Below, piece by piece: positions 34,814 to 38,537 of a stretch of DNA of 38,537 nt. The notes beneath the pieces were generated by a model that did no database searches, was not told where the DNA came from, and saw only the letters and a program-made list of their open reading frames with translations. Source of the DNA: Basidiobolus meristosporus CBS 931.73 (lineage: Eukaryota > Fungi > Basidiobolomycota); NCBI GenBank assembly GCA_002104905.1, contig MCFE01000762.1, positions 1 to 38,537 on the forward strand, in the 5' to 3' direction. Both the position numbers and the translations under genes were made by a program. Positions within the stretch are counted from its first letter, which is position 1. Every line of letters begins with the position of its first letter.

Positions 34814-35545
34814 TGTCATGATCACATGACAGCCATGAGCACCCATGCCAAGTTTCAGCTTCCTAGCTCAATTTCTAAGAGATTCCTTCTGGAACCTTCT
34901 ACCACCTTCCAGAAAGTTCCTGACCATTCCAAACCATTGTTACACAATGGAACATTTCATGGAAGCTTTCCATTGTATTTTTCATAGTCCAGTACCATAT
35001 ATGGAAATACCAGGTCACATGACTTAGTCACATGATCAGGTGACCCAATCCATTTCCCCATCCTGTCTCAGTGCCGTGTCATCTATGTCATTATCCCCAG
35101 CACCATTGCTGTGCCTCACCCCACAACCCCATTAGTATTAGCTAACATCTCTTGGCATCAATATAGCCAAAAAGTATATATAGTCCTATCCCCCCTTGAG
35201 TATTCCTCAGTCTGATAAACACAGGTCTTGAATAAACAGCCTTGCCTTGAATCCTGCCTTGCCTTGATGGTCCACACCTAAGTCCTTTCCTGCCGTGCCT
35301 AGCTTTTCCTCCTGCCTTGTGTCTATTCATAACAGTTTTATCAGACTCTCCTGACTTACCTGTGGATCCCTGCCTTCTGCCCAAAGTTTGAAGAAAACTT
35401 GTAAAAGGAATACTCACCGTAAGTATCACCCATCATCTTTCCCTAGTCTTGTCCTATAAAGGCAAAGATACTTTATCTTTGTAAAACTATTGGTCAAAGC
35501 TGCATTCACTTTATTACCCTGCTGGTGGAGTTTACAGTTGTTACA
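34814..35545 (+). repeat. 5' LTR of the gypsy element (about 732 bp)
   Basis: Copia RT similarity stops exactly where TGTCATGA begins; the segment ends GTTGTTACA before the leader. TATA-like TATATATA near 35175 and AATAAA at 35231. The 3' LTR is not available to confirm the right boundary. Confidence 0.7.
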
Positions 35546-35740
35546 GTATTGGAAGCTTCAGTACAATACTCTATCAAAGGCCGTCAAAACCAGTACCTTC
35601 TGAAGTGACGCTAACTTAATTAAGTTGGGGATTGTGGCTCAATAGTTGTATTCTTGACATACTAGTGGCTTTACAAACCCACAATCTAGTTTAGTATATT
35701 CCAGTATTCCTTGCAAGTTCATCCGCCTTCCTCTGCTACC

Positions 35741-36672
35741 ATGTCCAACCTAGAGCTGAACTTTGCCCAGCTCATGGCTGCCTTTACCCAACTGCAGCAA
35801 GACCATGCAGACCTCAGAAACACTCTTGCTCAGTTCCAGAACCAAAGTGTCCAGCAAACTAGCCATGTCCCAGTCTACCAGAACCCAAGTATACTCCTGC
35901 TACCAAGTTCAATGGCTCTCAGAATGAATTCCGTGGCTTCATCAACATGGTGAAGAACAATCTTGCACTCCAGCCCAACTGGTACCCCACTGACCAGGCC
36001 AAAGTTGGTTTTATCTCCAACCTGCTTACTGGTACAGCTCTCAAGTGGTTCTCCCCATTAGTGGAGACCAACTCTCCCCTCCTCAGAGACTACCAAGCTT
36101 TTCTCACTGAAATGGAGCTAACATTTGGTAACCTTGACCAAGCCAGAACTGCTGCCAACAAGATCAAGACCCTCAAGCAAGGGAACAAACCAGCATCAGT
36201 CTATGCCTCAGAATTCCGACAACTCTCCAGTGACCTCAGCTCCTGGGGTCAAGCAGCCTTGATAAGCCAATTCCAAGATGGCCTTAATGATAAAGTTTGT
36301 GATATGCTACTCACACTCCCAGATCCAGATACATTGGTTGAAGCTATGCACCAAGCAATCCGGTGTGATAACAGACTATTCCAGAAGAAGCAAAAGAATT
36401 GTCAAAGACACATTCCTGTTGCAGTCCCAGCTCCTCCTGCTCCCCAAGTCACTCCAAAATATTCTATGCAGATTGATAGTGCCAAATACAAGAAACTATC
36501 AAAGAGCAAAAAGTCCAGACGTCAACAAGCCAACCTCTGTCTATACTGTGGCCAACCAGGTCACTTTGCCAAGTCCTGCCCCAACAAGAAGTCCAGCTTC
36601 AAGCTGATGCAGTCCTCCAGCAACCAACCTGATCCAGATCTGTCGGGAAACTTCAATGTGCAGTTGCACTGA
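35741..36672 (+). pseudogene. gypsy gag (capsid plus zinc knuckle) with one frameshift
   Basis: MSNLELNFAQL... shifts frame near 35880 into EPKYTPATKFNGSQNEFRGFINMVKNNLALQP...ALKWFSPL...YASEFRQL...FQDGLNDKV...CLYCGQPGHFAKSC. Confidence 0.9.
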
Positions 36673-36697
36673 CAGGCTTGCAACTGGACCCACCCAT
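36645..36697 (+). other. -1 programmed ribosomal frameshift signal (slippery heptamer plus stem-loop/pseudoknot)
   Basis: G-GGA-AAC at 36645-36651 lies in the gag frame and pol is open in the -1 frame from there. 8-bp stem CAGTTGCA (36661-36668) / TGCAACTG (36679-36686) after a 9-nt spacer. Confidence 0.8.
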
Positions 36698-38537
36698 GAA
36701 AATCCAGCATATCCAAGAATCTTCCTTTGCCACAAAATCTATCCAGTCCTTGAGAATGCCTGTCAAAATCCAGATCCCTGACTCTGGTCCTGTCCCAGCC
36801 CTAGCCCTGATTGATTCCGGTGCTTCATCCTGTTTCATTGACCAAGCCTTTGTCCAGAAGCACTCTATTCCTGTTACCTTGAAATCCAGTCCAGTCCAAG
36901 TAGAAGTTATTGATGGAAGATCACTCTCCTCTGGTGCCGTTACCCATGAAACATGCTTACTCCAGCTGTCCAGTACTGCCCACCAAGAAAGAATCGCCTT
37001 CAACATCATCAACTCACCACACTATCCTATTGTGCTTGGAAGCTCATGGTTGAGCTACCACAATCTGAGTATTGATTGGAAATCCAAGATCCTGTCATTC
37101 ACCAGATCCCACCAAGTCAACTCCATGAAATCTCCAGACCCTGATAACCGTGAAAAGATGGTTGCCAACAGTTCAACAGCCCAAGATACCTTGCCAGCTG
37201 AAGGAGCCCCCTCAGCAACCATACCAGCCAAGTACCAAGAGTTTGCCCATGTCTTTGACAAGAAGAAAGCAGAACTCCTCCCTGACCATTGGCCTTATGA
37301 CTGCCCTATTGACCTTGAAGATGGAAAAGTCCCTCCATTTGGCCCAATATATAACCTCTCCCAGCCGGAGTTGAAAGAACTCCATGGTTATATTCAAGAA
37401 AACCTCCAGAAGGGTTTTATTCAGCACTCCAAATCACCTGCTGGAGCCCCAATCCTCTTTGTCAAGAAGAAGGATGGCACCCTCAGAATGTGTGTGGACT
37501 ACCATGCTTTGAATAAGATCACAGTCAAGAACCACTACCCCCTGCCCCTGATCAACACACTGTTGGATCAGCTATCTGCTGCCCAATTCTTCACCAAGAT
37601 AGACTTGAGAGGAGCTTACAATCTTGTCAGAATCAAGCTTGGTGATGAATGGAAAACTGCCTTTTGCACAAGATATGGTCACTTTGAGTACAAAGTAATG
37701 CCATTTGGCCTCACCAATGCCCCTGCTGTGTTTCAACACCTCATGAATGACATATTCCGTGAATACCTTGACCAGTTTGTGGTAATCTACCTTGATGATA
37801 TTCTCATATACTCCAAGAGCCAAGATGAACATGATGAACATGTCAAGAAAGTATTGAGAAAACTAGACTCTGCCGGTCTCTATGCCAAATTAGAGAAGTG
37901 TGAATTTGACCAGAGAGAAGTGGAATTTCTTGGTTACCTCATCAGCCATGAGGGAACAAGAATGGACCCAAAGAAAGTTGACTCAGTCCAGTCTTGGAAA
38001 ACTCCAAGCTCAGTCAAGGAAGTACAATCCTTCCTGGGATTTGCCAACTTCTATTGCAGGTTCATAGCCAACTACTCCAAGATAGTCACCCCTCTGACAA
38101 AGCTTACCCAGAAGAACACACCTTTTGCCTGAAATGAGAGCAATCCAGCTCATTCAACCAACTCAAGAAATCTTTCCTGAAGGCCCCCCTGCTTGCCCAC
38201 CCTGACCTTGAGAAGCAATTCATAGTGGAGACTGATGCTTCTGATTTTGCCCTTGGTGCCATACTCTCCCAGTATGATGAGGATAATGTGTTGCACCCCA
38301 TTGCATTCTACTCTTGGAAGTTTTCCCCTGCAGAGATCAACTATGATATCTATGATAAGGAGTTGCTTGCCATCATTGTGGCCTTTGAGCAATGGAGACA
38401 CTACCTGGACGGTGCAAAACACAAATCAAAGTCTTCTGTGACCATAAGAACCTTGAGTACTTTGCAACTTCCAAAGTACTAAACCAGAGACAAGCCAGAT
38501 GGTCACTCTTCCTGTCCAGCTTTGACTTTACTATCAC
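36648..38537 (+). pseudogene. gypsy pol (protease, RT, RNase H), disrupted
   Basis: ALIDSGASSCFI; SPAGAPILFVKKKDGTLRMCVDY, MPFGLTNAPAVFQ, YLDDILIYS; VETDASDFALGAIL, NYDIYDKELLAI. Premature TGA at 38130-38132 and frameshifts near 38140 and 38425. Confidence 0.93.

Larger units (their letters stand above)
34814..38537 (+). mobile_element. Ty3/gypsy LTR retrotransposon (Tf1/sushi chromovirus-like), defective, 3' part outside the window
   Basis: LTR, gag with CCHC knuckle, protease, RT and RNase H in gypsy order. The clade assignment is from RT/RH motif style only. Confidence 0.95.

Noticed and set aside
36653-37012. 119-aa minus-strand ORF and other short ORFs within the gypsy element
   Set aside because: Antisense or alternate-frame shadows of gag-pol.

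Overview
Eukaryotic window, most likely from an early-diverging fungus. This is inferred from the short 47-104 nt GT-AG introns with CTRAY-like branch points and the fungal gene families present. Bases 1-28.5 kb hold 11 host genes. They are an HSF-domain (Skn7/Prr1-like) factor cut by the left edge, an NDUFA4/B12D protein, a FIT-family protein, RPL24, a Ser/Thr/Pro-rich GPI-type wall protein, a PL14 lyase, a Tsp2-like tetraspanin, an unknown 251-aa protein, a secreted M28 aminopeptidase, NMA111 and a bHLH factor with a probable 19-nt microexon. From about 31.1 kb to the right edge lies a strongly CpG-depleted nest of decayed LTR retrotransposons. It contains three copies of one Ty1/copia LTR, copia gag and RT/RNase H remnants, and a Ty3/gypsy element inserted into the copia RT. 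I cannot establish a wholly new system. The best leads are CpG-directed mutational decay of the retroelements, a gag-pol -1 frameshift pseudoknot whose second stem is restored by reverting CpA to CpG, and two adjacent genes that both appear to carry PY motifs. All alignments and counts were done by eye; no searches were run.
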